Assembly: GCF_006345805.1 (NCBI RefSeq)
Contig: NC_043004.1
Coordinates: 78,740,001 to 78,804,000, forward strand
Direction of reading: 5' to 3'
From: Octopus sinensis
Lineage: Eukaryota
DNA: 64,000 nucleotides
Position numbers and translations under genes: made by a program. Within the stretch, counting starts at the first letter, position 1, and every line of letters starts with the position of its first letter. Positions 37,962-49,300 of the stretch are shown here, one piece after another. The notes below the pieces were generated by a model. The model did not search any database and was not told the DNA's origin. It saw nothing but the letters and a program-made list of their open reading frames with translations.

Positions 37962-38840
37962 ACAGGCTTCTTTCAGTTTCTTTTTACCAGAGAGCCTGAA
38001 ATGAAATATTTTTTTGAAAACAAAAAAAAGACACTTTCTGTATTGGAATGTTAGCATGGACTAGCTGGAGCAATTGTTTCTGATTGAAGTCTTGTCAGTG
38101 AATTTGGTTGACAAAACCTGAAAGAAACTCCGGACTGCCATGGGTGCATTGTATGAGTAAAAGGAAAAGGGTGATAGCTAAAAACCTTTGAGAAGCGCTG
38201 GTGTATATTGGATACAAGACATGGTTCCTTTAGGTTTTGGTAGTCAGTGTGTGCAAAAAATCTTGTGTGCAATTTTTTTTCCTATGAGAAAAGTATGAGC
38301 ACACTAAATATAATGAGGATAATTGTTAATTACTATGCTATTTTAGGCAACTAATGTTTTGTGTGCATATTAATCTATTGTGCACTCATTAATTTCTTTT
38401 GTATTCTCATTGCAAGTGTGTGTGTGTGTGCAGCCATGCACAGCTTAATGGGAATTGTACATGAGATACATTCTCTGGAAATTTATTATTTATAATTACA
38501 CGGGTACATTGTACATGAGTGACTAGACACAGCATAATGATTGTAAATGAGTGTCACTGTCATTCATTTCCAATATTGCATAACTGGTCATGGGGAAATA
38601 TAACCTTACTGGGAAACAGGTGAGGGTTGGTGACAGGAAGGACATCCAGTTGTAAAAAATCTGCTTCTGTAAACTGCTCGACCCAAACAATCATGGGAAA
38701 ACGATTGCTAAAATGATGACAATGATGAGATAGATCCGGATACTTTTTTATATAATTATCAAATACAATTTTTGTAATGTAATATTTCATTGACCTTAAA
38801 AAATTGTAACTTCTTACCCATTTAAAAAATTTTTTAACAG

Positions 38841-38953
38841 GTTTACCAACAGTTTTTCATATATTTGCTCATACTATACCAGTAGAAGAAAGATCTCGAG
38901 CTTTTGCTTATCTTGTAGCCTGTGGTTCTATTGGTCAAACAGTTGCTGCTCTT
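38841..38953 (+). CDS. SLC17-family transporter, coding exon 3 (GLPTVFHIFAHTIPVEERSRAFAYLVACGSIGQTVAAL)
   Basis: TTTTTAACAG acceptor, GTAAGT donor at 38954; P.EERSR MFS motif; phase fits exon 2. Confidence 0.95.
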
Positions 38954-39087
38954 GTAAGTCTTGCTTGTCATTTAAAGCATTTCCAATTTATTTTCTTTTT
39001 GAATGGAGGCTAACGATATTGTTATACCTTTATATTTTTTTTTATTGAAGGCAATAAAGGAACACATACTGTTGTGTTGCTCTACAT

Positions 39088-39660
39088 CTGTGGTTCTCAA
39101 CCATTTTCCTCCTATGTCTGCCTGACAGGCTCCTGTGCCAGTGGCACGTAAAAAGCACTAACCAAATGAGGCCGATGCCAGTACCCCCTGACTGGCTCAC
39201 TTGGTGGCACATAAAAAGTACCATCCAAACATGGCCGATGCCAGTACCCTCTGACTGGCCCCCGTGCCGGTGGCGCGTAAAAAGCACCCACTACACTCTC
39301 AGAGTGGTTGGCATTAGGAAGGGCATCCAGCTGTAGAAACCTTGTCAGATCGGATTGGAGCCTGGTGCTCAGTCAAACCGTCCAACCCATGCCAGTGTGG
39401 AAAATGGACGTTAAATGATGATGATGATGATGATGGACCCCTTTCATTCTTATTTTACTCAGATGGATTCCCTTAGCCTATCAATGATTAAAAAAGCCTG
39501 TTATATTTCTATAATTAAATATTATTAGGAACTGTATTAAAAAAATATTAAAATATTTTGTGTATGTAGAAGTATGACCAATTTATTGCACATAGATTTT
39601 AACAACAAAATCTTCCATGGACCCTTTAAGGGCCAAATGAACCCTGGTTGAGAACCCCAG
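39088..39660. mobile_element. hAT (Charlie-like) MITE with a nested RTE-related retroposon (~39125-39432), SLC17 intron 3
   Basis: CTGTGGTTCTCAACC ... GGTTGAGAACCCCAG; flanks CTCTACAT/CTTTAAAT match 6/8. Confidence 0.65.
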
Positions 39661-40287
39661 CTTTAAATGGTCAGTGTTAATCTAGAAAATTCATATGTTT
39701 CAGTTATCATTCGAACACTTGGTCCATTCGAAAGAATGGTCATATTTTGGACATGCAATGTGCCATGAACCATTGCCAGTGACCATCCTGACAGGAAGTG
39801 TGGAGGGGAAGAGAGCAGAAGGGCATCAAAGACATTCATGAACTGATAACATTAAAGAATGGACTGGTTGTATGCATGCAGCCCAACAGGAGCTGGAGAG
39901 ACTTGGCATGCTGACCCCTGAAAAGAGGAAAAGCACCTGGCTGGTGGTCTTCATGATTTGAAAGGGTTTAATACAATACTTTCAAAGACATTATTTTTTA
40001 AGAATGTGTTTGGAGGTTTATTTTGAGGAGTGGGAAAATGGTTAAGCAGCTGTATATATTTAATGCTGCTGCCATGATGCCAATGTTCTTTATTCTTCGC
40101 TGTTGCTGTTATGTTAGTGTGTATTTGTAGTAAAAAAGATCAAAGCAAAAGCCTTGGAAAGTGCGGAGTGTGTCAGGTTTGTTCTGCTACTCTACTAAAG
40201 TTGAACAAAAACTCTAGATTATAATGTATCAAGAATTTCTCGGTATTTGTTGATTAAACTCATTTTTTTTTTGTTTTTATTTTCAAG

Positions 40288-40413
40288 GTTTGTCCCCACT
40301 TACATTGGCCATGGATGTTTTATTCCTTTGGCTCCCTAGGTTTCATATGGGTGCTTATCTGGTACCTTTTTTATACGGAGACCCGCCAAGAAGAATTTGT
40401 TCAGCCTCCAAAA
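40288..40413 (+). CDS. SLC17-family transporter, coding exon 4 (VCPHLHWPWMFYSFGSLGFIWVLIW...QPPK)
   Basis: Pyrimidine tract plus AAG acceptor, GTAAGT donor at 40414; W..FY.FG.LG..W...W TM6 motif; 42 codons, phase 0. Confidence 0.92.
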
Positions 40414-41202
40414 GTAAGTAATGCATTTCACTTGTATTTGAACTGAGATACAAACAAGCTTAAAACATATACTTAGTCCCCTCTGCCTCTTGCCCCTGCT
40501 ACATGTTCCTTTTTCACAAGTGTTAAATGTGTAAAAAAAGTGCTCGGTAAACATTGTAAAGTAGTTGGTGTTAAGAAGGGCATCCAGTTGTGGAAAACCA
40601 TGTCAAAGCTGACACTAGAGGTCGACACTGTCCTGCTACTCCTTGGAACCTTTCAAACCATCTAACACATGCCAGTATAGAATAATTGACATGAAATGAT
40701 GATGATGATGTGTAAAAAATATATATATTTGAAGAATGTGGTTGGCATTAGGAAGGGCATCCGGCTGTAGAAACCATGCCAAAGTAGATACTGGACTTCT
40801 TGGATCCTGTTCAAATGTTCAAACCATGCTAGCATGGAAAGGGGACATAGAAATGATGATGATGGTGTTGATGGTATATACTTAATATACACACACACAT
40901 GCATGTGTGTGTATAGAAGTACATGTGTGTCTTTGTGTTTGTCTCCCACCACTACTGGACAACCGGTGTGTTTGTTTACATCTCCATAGCTTGGTAATTT
41001 TGGCAAAAGGGACAGACCGGACAAGTACCAGACTTAAAAGAGTTCTGGGGTCAATTTGGTCTGCTAGAATCTTTCAAGGCTGTGCCCCAGCTTGGCCACA
41101 GTCCAACAACTGGAACAAATGAAAGATATATATATATATCATCATCATCGTCATTATCATCATCGTTTAACGTCCGTTTTCCGTGCTAGCACGGATGGAA
41201 GT

Positions 41203-41263
<61 letters not shown>

Positions 41264-41418
41264 GTGTGTATATATGTATGAGTCTGTGTATGTGTGTAAA
41301 TATATGTATATATATGTAGATATATATATATATATATATAATATATATGTAGATATATATATATATATATATAAATATATATGTAGATATATATATATAT
41401 ATATATAAATATATATGT

Positions 41419-41476
<58 letters not shown>

Positions 41477-41478
<2 letters not shown>

Positions 41479-41493
41479 CACCTGTTTTAACAC

Positions 41494-41535
<42 letters not shown>

Positions 41536-41549
41536 ACCTGTTTTAACAC

Positions 41550-41591
<42 letters not shown>

Positions 41592-41605
41592 ACCTGTTTT
41601 AACAC

Positions 41606-41661
<56 letters not shown>

Positions 41662-41675
41662 ACCTGTTTTAACAC

Positions 41676-41725
<50 letters not shown>

Positions 41726-41739
41726 ACCTGTTTTAACAC

Positions 41740-41780
<41 letters not shown>

Positions 41781-41795
41781 ACTCCTGTTTTAATT
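41477..41795. repeat. Compound array: constant 21-nt unit separated by variable (TA)n
   Basis: AACACCTGTTTTAACACACAA at 41477, 41533, 41589, 41659, 41723; decayed copy near 41780. Confidence 0.95.
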
Positions 41796-42540
41796 TTTTA
41801 TCTCTACATTATCTGGACCGTTATTAGGTCAAAGGTGAAAATGTTTAGCATCCATCCATTCTGTAGAAATTGCATTCAAATGTAGTTAACCTCTGACCTT
41901 TAGTGTCAGGATATCATTTGTCAGTCTGTCTGTCTGTCTCATTCTCTCCCCACCTCTCTAAATCACTTTTATGCATTAATGTGTAAATATTTCCTTAATA
42001 ATAGTTTGTCCAGTGTATATCTATGGAATTATATTTACGTGCCTCCTCTATAGCAAGACGCCTATTTCTGTCGCTCTATTTCTCTGTTACACTCAGACCT
42101 TTCATCATTTGATACTGGATCACCTCCTCTGATGCCCACCTCTGCAAGACACCTGCTTCTGTCTCTTTGTCATACTCTAACCTTTCATCCCCTAACACAA
42201 GTTCCCCTCCTCAAATTCCCCCTGCCCCTCTCATAATTCCTTGTCTTGTGAGTTACTTGGTGACTCTGCCAGTACTGGTGCCACATTAAAAGCATCCAGT
42301 CCACACTGTAATGTGGTTGGCATCTGGAAAGGCTTCCAGCTGTAAAAATCTTGCCAAAACTAACTTCACTTGTGCTAGTACCACATAAAAAGGACTAAGT
42401 CCACTCTGCAGAGTGGTTGGTGTTAGGAAGGGCATCCAGCTATAAAAACCCTGCTTTGGGTAGATTTTCTACTTGGTTGGCTCCTGTCAACCATCCTACC
42501 CATGCATGCATGCAAGATGGATGTTAAGTGATGATGATGA

Positions 42541-42587
<47 letters not shown>

Positions 42588-42713
42588 TATATAGGGTCTG
42601 GAGCAGCTTTCCAGCTTGCCAGCCCTGGTCAAATCATCCAACCCATGCCAGCCTGGACAACAGATGTTAAATGATGATGATAGATAGATAGATAAATAGA
42701 TAGATAGATAAAT

Positions 42714-42861
42714 AGGCATGGCTGTGTGGTAAGAAGCTTGTTTCTCAACCACATGGTCCCAGATCCAGTTTAGTCCCACCATGGGCAGGTGTCTTCTACT
42801 ATAGCCTTGGGCCAACCAAAGCCTTGTGAGTGTATTTGGTAGATGAAAACTGAAAGAAGCC

Positions 42862-42903
<42 letters not shown>

Positions 42904-43110
42904 GTGTGTGTGTGTCTTCCCTGCCACTGCTTCACAACTGCTGTTGATGTATTTAGGTCCCCATGACTTCGCAGTTCGGAAAAAGAGACTGACAGAATAA
43001 GTACCAGACTTTAAGAAAACTAAGCTTTGGGGTCAATTCATTTGACTAAAAGTTCTTGAAAGTGGTGCCCCAACATGGCCGCAGTCTGGTGACTGAAGCA
43101 AGTAAACGAT
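42714..43110 (+). mobile_element. Family B SINE, SLC17 intron 4
   Basis: Full pattern. Confidence 0.8.
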
Positions 43111-43742
43111 AAAACTTATATATACTTTATTTGTGGCGTGTATGAAGCGAAAGCCTAAAGGCAGGAATATAGGAGATGGACATAAGAGGTGATGGTGGTC
43201 GGCAGTCAGGCCAAGAAAGAAAGATCATGGCTGGCCGGATACCAGTCACGTGGAAGGAGGAGAGTTGGGTAGGAGGCAGCTGGATTGAAGGATTAGAATA
43301 AAATCAAAGAGAAAGGTACAGGGGAGATAAACAAGTGGGAAATAGTGGGAGTTAAAGAAAGAGAGGGCCAAGAAATGTGAGAGAGGGGGAGCGAGAAAAA
43401 GGAAGAAAAATGAGAGGGGGAATAAAAGCTAAAGTAAGAGTCATACAAAATTTGGATACATACCTATATATATAAGTTTTATGTATATAGTGTTTGAAGT
43501 GATGTACAGGTATTGTATATGCATGAGGATTTTTAAAAATAAATTTTTCAGAAAGGTTTTTGGTTTTCCATTTGTATAAAAGCTGAGAAACCTTCTATAA
43601 AACTTATTTTGAAAAATCTTATGAATGGATGAAAGTGCTAATAAAGAATTATCCAAAATTCTGACTGCCCCCTTTTTCTTTATATATCAGGAATATTTTT
43701 TACAATAAATTAAACAAACTCAGTGTGTGTTGCGCTACATGG

Positions 43743-44532
43743 ATGTGTCAAAGGTTGAACAGAAAGAATACAAGAAGTTAGATGAAAGCAGAGCAAATGG
43801 GAAACTAGATGAAACTTAATGGACAGGAAATTAGACAAAGACACGATACGTGGAATATTCATAGGTGAGTTTTCCTTGTCAGTCATTAATGCAAAATATC
43901 ATAGCAGTTTCGTGCCAATTATCAATGAGACTGCTCAATTTTGCAGGCGCCAGTGCTTTTATTAAGCTACAGAGAAAAAGCTAGCAAATGTGTACTAATA
44001 CAGAAACAAAAAAAAAATACATTATATAAATGCAACAGATAAAGAGTTATGCATATATAACAACACAAAGCCTTACAGCTATATACAACAGAAGAAAAAA
44101 TAATAATTATACATATACTACAAATGCAACAGAAAGAGCTTTGCAGCTATCGAACAAACTTAGTAGGGTTACGCAAAGAGGAAATGTCCTAAAGGATGTA
44201 GGCTTCATGCTGTTATATATCCGTAATTCTTTGTCTGTTGTATTTATATAATGTTTTGTTTGTTTCTGTATTAGTACACATTTGCTAGCCTTTTCTCTGT
44301 AGCTTAACAAAAGCACTGGCACCTGCAAAATTCAGTGGTCTCAATGGTAATTGGCACGAAACTACTATGATATTTTGTATTGTTGACTGACGTGGAAAAC
44401 TCACCTGTGAATATTCCATGTATCGTGTCTTTGTCTAATTTCCTGTCCATTAAGTTTTTGTCTAGTTTCCCATTTGCTCTTCTTTTGTCTAACTTTTACT
44501 CCTTGTATTCTTTCTGTTCAACCTTGATACAT
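43743..44532. repeat. Foldback element, ~335-bp arms and ~120-bp loop, SLC17 intron 4
   Basis: 43743-44077 is the imperfect reverse complement of 44197-44532. Confidence 0.9.
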
Positions 44533-44665
44533 ACATACATACATATGCACACACATATACACACACACACACACATACACACATATATATTGGCAAAAAC
44601 GGTAAGATAACAAAAGAAAGAAAGAGACCTCAATATTATGTAAATAGAGGAATTTATCTATAAAT

Positions 44666-44742
44666 ATAATATGTGACAATTATTCGGTAGCCAAGATGAA
44701 ACTCAGTTTCATCTTGGCTACCGAATAATTGTCACATATTAT
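44666..44742. repeat. Perfect 37-bp-arm hairpin with a 3-nt loop
   Basis: Checked base by base: 44666-44702 is the exact reverse complement of 44706-44742. Confidence 0.95.
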
Positions 44743-44777
44743 TTTACATATATATATATATATATATATATACACAC

Positions 44778-45071
44778 CGTGGCCGATGCCAGCACCGCCT
44801 CGACTGGCTTCCGTGCCGGTGGCACATAAAATACACCAATCCGACCGTGGCCGTTGCCAGCCTCGCCTGGCACCTGTGCAGGTGGCACGTAAAAAGCACC
44901 CACTACACTCACGGAGTGGTTGGCGTTAGGAAGGGCATCCAGCTGTAGAAACACTGTCAGATAAGACTGGAGCCTGTGCAGCCTTCTGGCTTCCCCCAGA
45001 CCCCGGTCGAACCGTCCAACCCATGCTAGCATGGAGAACGGACGTTAAACGATGATGATGATGATGATGAT
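44778..45071 (+). mobile_element. Family D retroposon, young copy, SLC17 intron 4
   Basis: CpG-intact; (GAT)n tail running into (CA)n. Confidence 0.8.
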
Positions 45072-45072
45072 G

Positions 45073-45143
<71 letters not shown>

Positions 45144-45657
45144 GATGGGCTTCTTCAGTTTCTGCCTACCAATTGCAATGCAAAATTAGTTTAATCATTT
45201 GTCATATACCAATGCAAGAAAAAGTTTAGTTTTAATTCTGAGCAAATTATTTTTCTGCCATCTGTGAATTATCATAATTTTGTCTTTCTATTTCATTTAA
45301 ATATTAATATTAAATTATGTAAATGTAAATACTAACATTTGAAATTTAATGTTAAATTAATATTAAATATTAATTTAATGTTGAATTATGGTAATGGTTC
45401 TGTCAGGTTGCAAGCTGGCAGAGATATTAGTTACTGTGCCAGACAAAATGCTTTGTGGCATTTCTCTCAACTTAATGTTTGGAGTTCAAATGCTGCCAGG
45501 GTTGACTCTATTTTTCATTCTTTTGGAGTCAATAAAATAAATGCTCATTGAGACCTGGGGCTAATGTAATTGACTTACCCCTTCCAACGAAATTGCTGGC
45601 CTTGTGCCAAAATTTGAAACTAATACTAAATATATATTTTTTTTGTATCTTCATCAG

Positions 45658-45862
45658 GTAAATAGCACCAATGTCCGGTGGTCTGAATTCCTATGTCACT
45701 GGCCCCTCTGGTCTATGTATTTGGCCCACTTTAGTATGAACTGGTCTAATTATATTATTATGCAGTGGCTACCCACTTACCTGACTCGACACCTTGGTGC
45801 TGATGCACACCACATTATGTTAACTGCAGTGCCTTATATCATGAACTCTTTACTTGGTGTTG
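45658..45862 (+). CDS. SLC17-family transporter, coding exon 5 (VNSTNVRW...AHFSMNWSNYIIMQWLPTY...NSLLGV)
   Basis: CAG acceptor, GTAAGT donor at 45863; AHF..NW.....WLPTY is the SLC17 TM7 signature; phase 1. Confidence 0.95.
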
Positions 45863-46581
45863 GTAAGTAGAGAACTCTCATTCTCAGTAAATAAAAGATT
45901 TTTGTTGTTTTGTTGATTTCTTTTGGCGGAAATGGTTACCTGTTGCTGTTTGTATTGTAATACAAACAGCAGATCTAACTAAAGGAAATGTATGTTGTTA
46001 GAAGAATTATATTTGTTAAAAGAATTGTTATGGTTAGTTTTTGGTGACTTAGTGAAAAATGATGGAATCTTAGGAGTGCATGGAAGGAGATAATACAAGG
46101 AAGAATCTCTTATAGCATCATAGTCACAGAGTTGTCTTTGGTTCTTGGTCACCTGTCCACTATGTTTCTTTGCAAGCATGGAAAAGTGGATGTTAAAACA
46201 GTGACAAATGTGTTACTCAGAGTATTGCCTTTCTTGTTTGCTTTTCTGAAAAGATAGTAATAGAATTAAGCAAAATTGCTACAGTGGAGATATAGGTTGG
46301 GCCTTGAGGGATTAATTTTACCCCAGATGTTTACCAACAGTGACTCACTGATGAAACAAAGCATAAACAAACTTGCAAATGCTGTGAAAGAAGGCAGCTG
46401 TTTTCAGAAATTGATTTGAAACAAGCAAATCAATACAAATAAACATGACAGCCGCGTCAAAGGAGTTTGAAGATATGTAGGGCAGTTGTAGTGCTTATTG
46501 GAGATAACAATAGATTTAAAGAATATTCTATGAAAAATTCATTAGAACCATTGTTTAAAATAATTTATTTTTGGGTTGCAG

Positions 46582-46726
46582 TTGCAGGTCATTTTGCTGA
46601 CTCTCTTGTAGCGAACAAATGGACCGTTCTTTCTGTAAGACGTCTTATGACCAGTGTTGGACTCCTTGGACCAGGTCTTTTCATTCTATTCTTCAGTATG
46701 GTCAATAATCTACCATTAGCTGTACT
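46582..46726 (+). CDS. SLC17-family transporter, coding exon 6 (VAGHFADSLV...VRRLMTSVGLLGPG...LPLAV)
   Basis: TTGCAG acceptor (second in-frame acceptor 6 nt downstream), GTAAGT donor at 46727; G..AD.L...VR.L motif; phase 2. Confidence 0.93.
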
Positions 46727-46856
46727 GTAAGTATATACCAGCTGTTCTTTTATTTTATTTGTTTCACTAATTCGTACTTTATTGACTAAGGTCTGGCAAA
46801 GTGAAGAGGTTGTGGTTCTGTTAATTTATTTGTGATCTGCCAATATTTTCTGTTCA

Positions 46857-47080
46857 GCTGGCAGAACTGTTAGCACGCCAGGTGAAGTGCTTAGCAGTAT
46901 TTCGTCTGTCGTTACGTTCTGAGTTCAAATTCCACCGAGGTCGACTTTGCCTTTCATCCTTTCGGGGTCGATAAATAAAGTACCAGTTTCACACTGGAGT
47001 CAATGTAATCAACTTAATCCATTTGTCTGTCCTTGTTTGTCCTCTCTGTGTATAGCCCCTTGTGGGTAGTAAAGAAATAT
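46857..47080 (+). mobile_element. Family C SINE, SLC17 intron 6
   Basis: Full pattern; a further 3' fragment at ~47325-47430. Confidence 0.8.
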
Positions 47081-47491
47081 ATTCTTTACCAGCTTCAGCC
47101 TTGTAGCTTTTTGGATTCTGTATCTGAAGGTTTAAGACATGTTTTTACAGCTAATTTTTATAGATGTAACTAAGTAAATCAACGTGTGGGTGTCGACCTA
47201 CAATAGCTGCTTCTGCTGCTTACTATTAAAAGTATTTATAAGCATTATATAAATTTGATTTCGGTTGTTTTTTTATGTCTGTTTTTCCATGCTAGTATAG
47301 GTGAGACAAATATATCAGTGAAGGGTTAAAGTTACCAGTGAAACACTGATGTCGTTGTAATCGACTAGTTCCCCTCCTCCAAAATTTCAGGCCTTGTGTC
47401 TTTAGTAGAAAGGATTATTATTATTATTAATGTTCTTTATTTACCTCTGATCTGGTCTTTGCATCAATTTATTCTTGTACATTTTCAACAG

Positions 47492-47606
47492 GTTTGTATC
47501 AATATCTCTTGGACTGAGTGCCTGCAATTCAGCTGGACATTTAAGTAACCATCCCGAAGTAGCTCCCAACCACGCTGGCATTACCTTTGCTGTATCTAAT
47601 ACTTTG
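47492..47606 (+). CDS. SLC17-family transporter, coding exon 7 (FVSISLGLSACNSAGHLSNHPEVAPNHAGITFAVSNTL)
   Basis: TTTTCAACAG acceptor, GTAAGT donor at 47607; N..E.AP..AG....SNT motif of SLC17 TM10-11; phase 0. Confidence 0.95.
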
Positions 47607-48699
47607 GTAAGTCGATATCTGTCTATGGTGAAAATGATCTCACGTTGAGATCACTTGTGTTCAGTCGTTATTGTTAAATCATTAGGACATTTAATGAAGT
47701 AACTAATTAACCTTTAGTTTACACTAGAAGCCTGTAGCAGGGATTTGAAACCTAACCGCTAGGTAACTGGTCATATCTCACAGTTGAACCATTGTTTCAC
47801 GTGATTCTTCTCTATTAAGCAACCAATCAAAATCAGGCCATTATATGATTCAATCTTCTAGAATCTTCTTCTTGTACCCTATAAAAAGACTGTTTTTGGT
47901 GGTAATTGCAGAATGTTGAGGCAACTGAACATTGTGTCTCCATTCTCACCACAACCAGATGATTACAAAAGATGGCCAATACTCGACAGGAGTCTTCACC
48001 ACTAGGCCTACATGACTTTCTGAATGGTGCATCTAACAAAAAATTATGTTGCATTATTTTCAGTAGTGTGGCCCACCTGATGATAAATCATGTCTCATGT
48101 GGTCCACTTCTTCATAAAGGTTTGCCCATCCTTACTCTATGAAGTCACTTGACCTGTTAAAAATAAAAGTCAAATTGCCTTCAAATCTTAACCTTCCATT
48201 TAAAAAAATGGAAGAACACATTAGACTATGCTCTCCTAAATGCATATTTTAAAAATTATTACAAGCTGGTCAAGGACGGAAGCTTTTGATCCGTGACGTT
48301 GCAACTTATTTCTACAACTGAGTGAACTGGAGCAACATGAAAGTAAAGTGTCTTGCTCAAGAGCATAACACACAGCCCTGTCCGGGAATCGAACTCACTA
48401 CCTCGTGGTTGTGTACCTGATGCTCTAACCACTGAGCCATGCACCTTCACCAATTTGTAAATATTTGGTTAAAAAAAATCCTTTGGATTTTATTTATTTA
48501 AAGGGTTTTCTAAGCTAATGCTTACATGCTATTATTTATAGCTTTATCTGTTCTGTGATCCATTATTCCAAAAAAAAAAAAAAATTGAAGTAATATGTTT
48601 ACAAACAGTAAAAAAGTTGAAAATCGTAAATAAAATTTTGAAATAGAATTTACTGTAAAGAATATTGGAATAACAATTCTTTATTAATTTACTTTTCAG

Positions 48700-48855
48700 G
48701 CTACCATTCCTGGAATAACTTGTGGTCCACTAACTGCTGAATTAGTCACACAATCTCATGGCCGTTGGTTTCCTGTGTTCATCATTGCCGCTGGTGTTAA
48801 CTTTGTCGGAGCAATTATCTACCTAAGTCAGAGTGCGGCCAGTCAAGTTCTTTGA
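48700..48855 (+). CDS. SLC17-family transporter, last coding exon (ATIPGITCGPL...GRWFPVFIIAAGVNFVGAIIYL...QVL*)
   Basis: TTTTCAG acceptor; TIPG and W..VF motifs; TGA at 48853-48855; the joined CDS is 1197 nt with no internal stop. Confidence 0.95.
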   Translation, partial: ATIPGITCGPLTAELVTQSHGRWFPVFIIAAGVNFVGAIIYLSQSAASQVL

Positions 48856-49073
48856 CGACTAAATTTCTTTTGACAATCATTTCCCCCCTGCCATTTGAGG
48901 AGGTTTTATTGTTCTGGCTTTAGTGATCAAAGGAGTTTATGGACTTGGCCACCATAAAAGGAATCAGGACAACTGATATGATTTGTGTGTGGAGAGGGAG
49001 GGGGGGAAGGATTCAACGTTGGAGGGAGGGTGGGTGGTGATCCTAGTAAAGAAATTCTTAAAATGAACAAAGA

Positions 49074-49079
49074 AATAAA
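49074..49079 (+). terminator. Candidate polyadenylation signal of the SLC17 gene
   Basis: First AATAAA after the stop, about 220 nt downstream; the motif is common in AT-rich DNA. Confidence 0.3.
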
Positions 49080-49182
49080 ATATATATATATATATTTATA
49101 TGTATATGTCTATGTCTATATATATATATATATATAATATATATTTATATGTGTATATATATATATATAATATATATTTATA

Positions 49183-49232
<50 letters not shown>

Positions 49233-49300
49233 TATATGTAATATATATATATATATATGTAATATATATTTATGTGTATATATATATATATATATATATA
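49080..49300. repeat. (TA)-rich microsatellite downstream of the SLC17 stop
   Basis: Seen directly in the sequence. Confidence 0.9.

Noticed and set aside
46345-46420. CTGATGA...GAAA hammerhead-like spacing in intron 5
   Set aside because: Stem II needs bulges and stems I and III do not pair; compatible with chance
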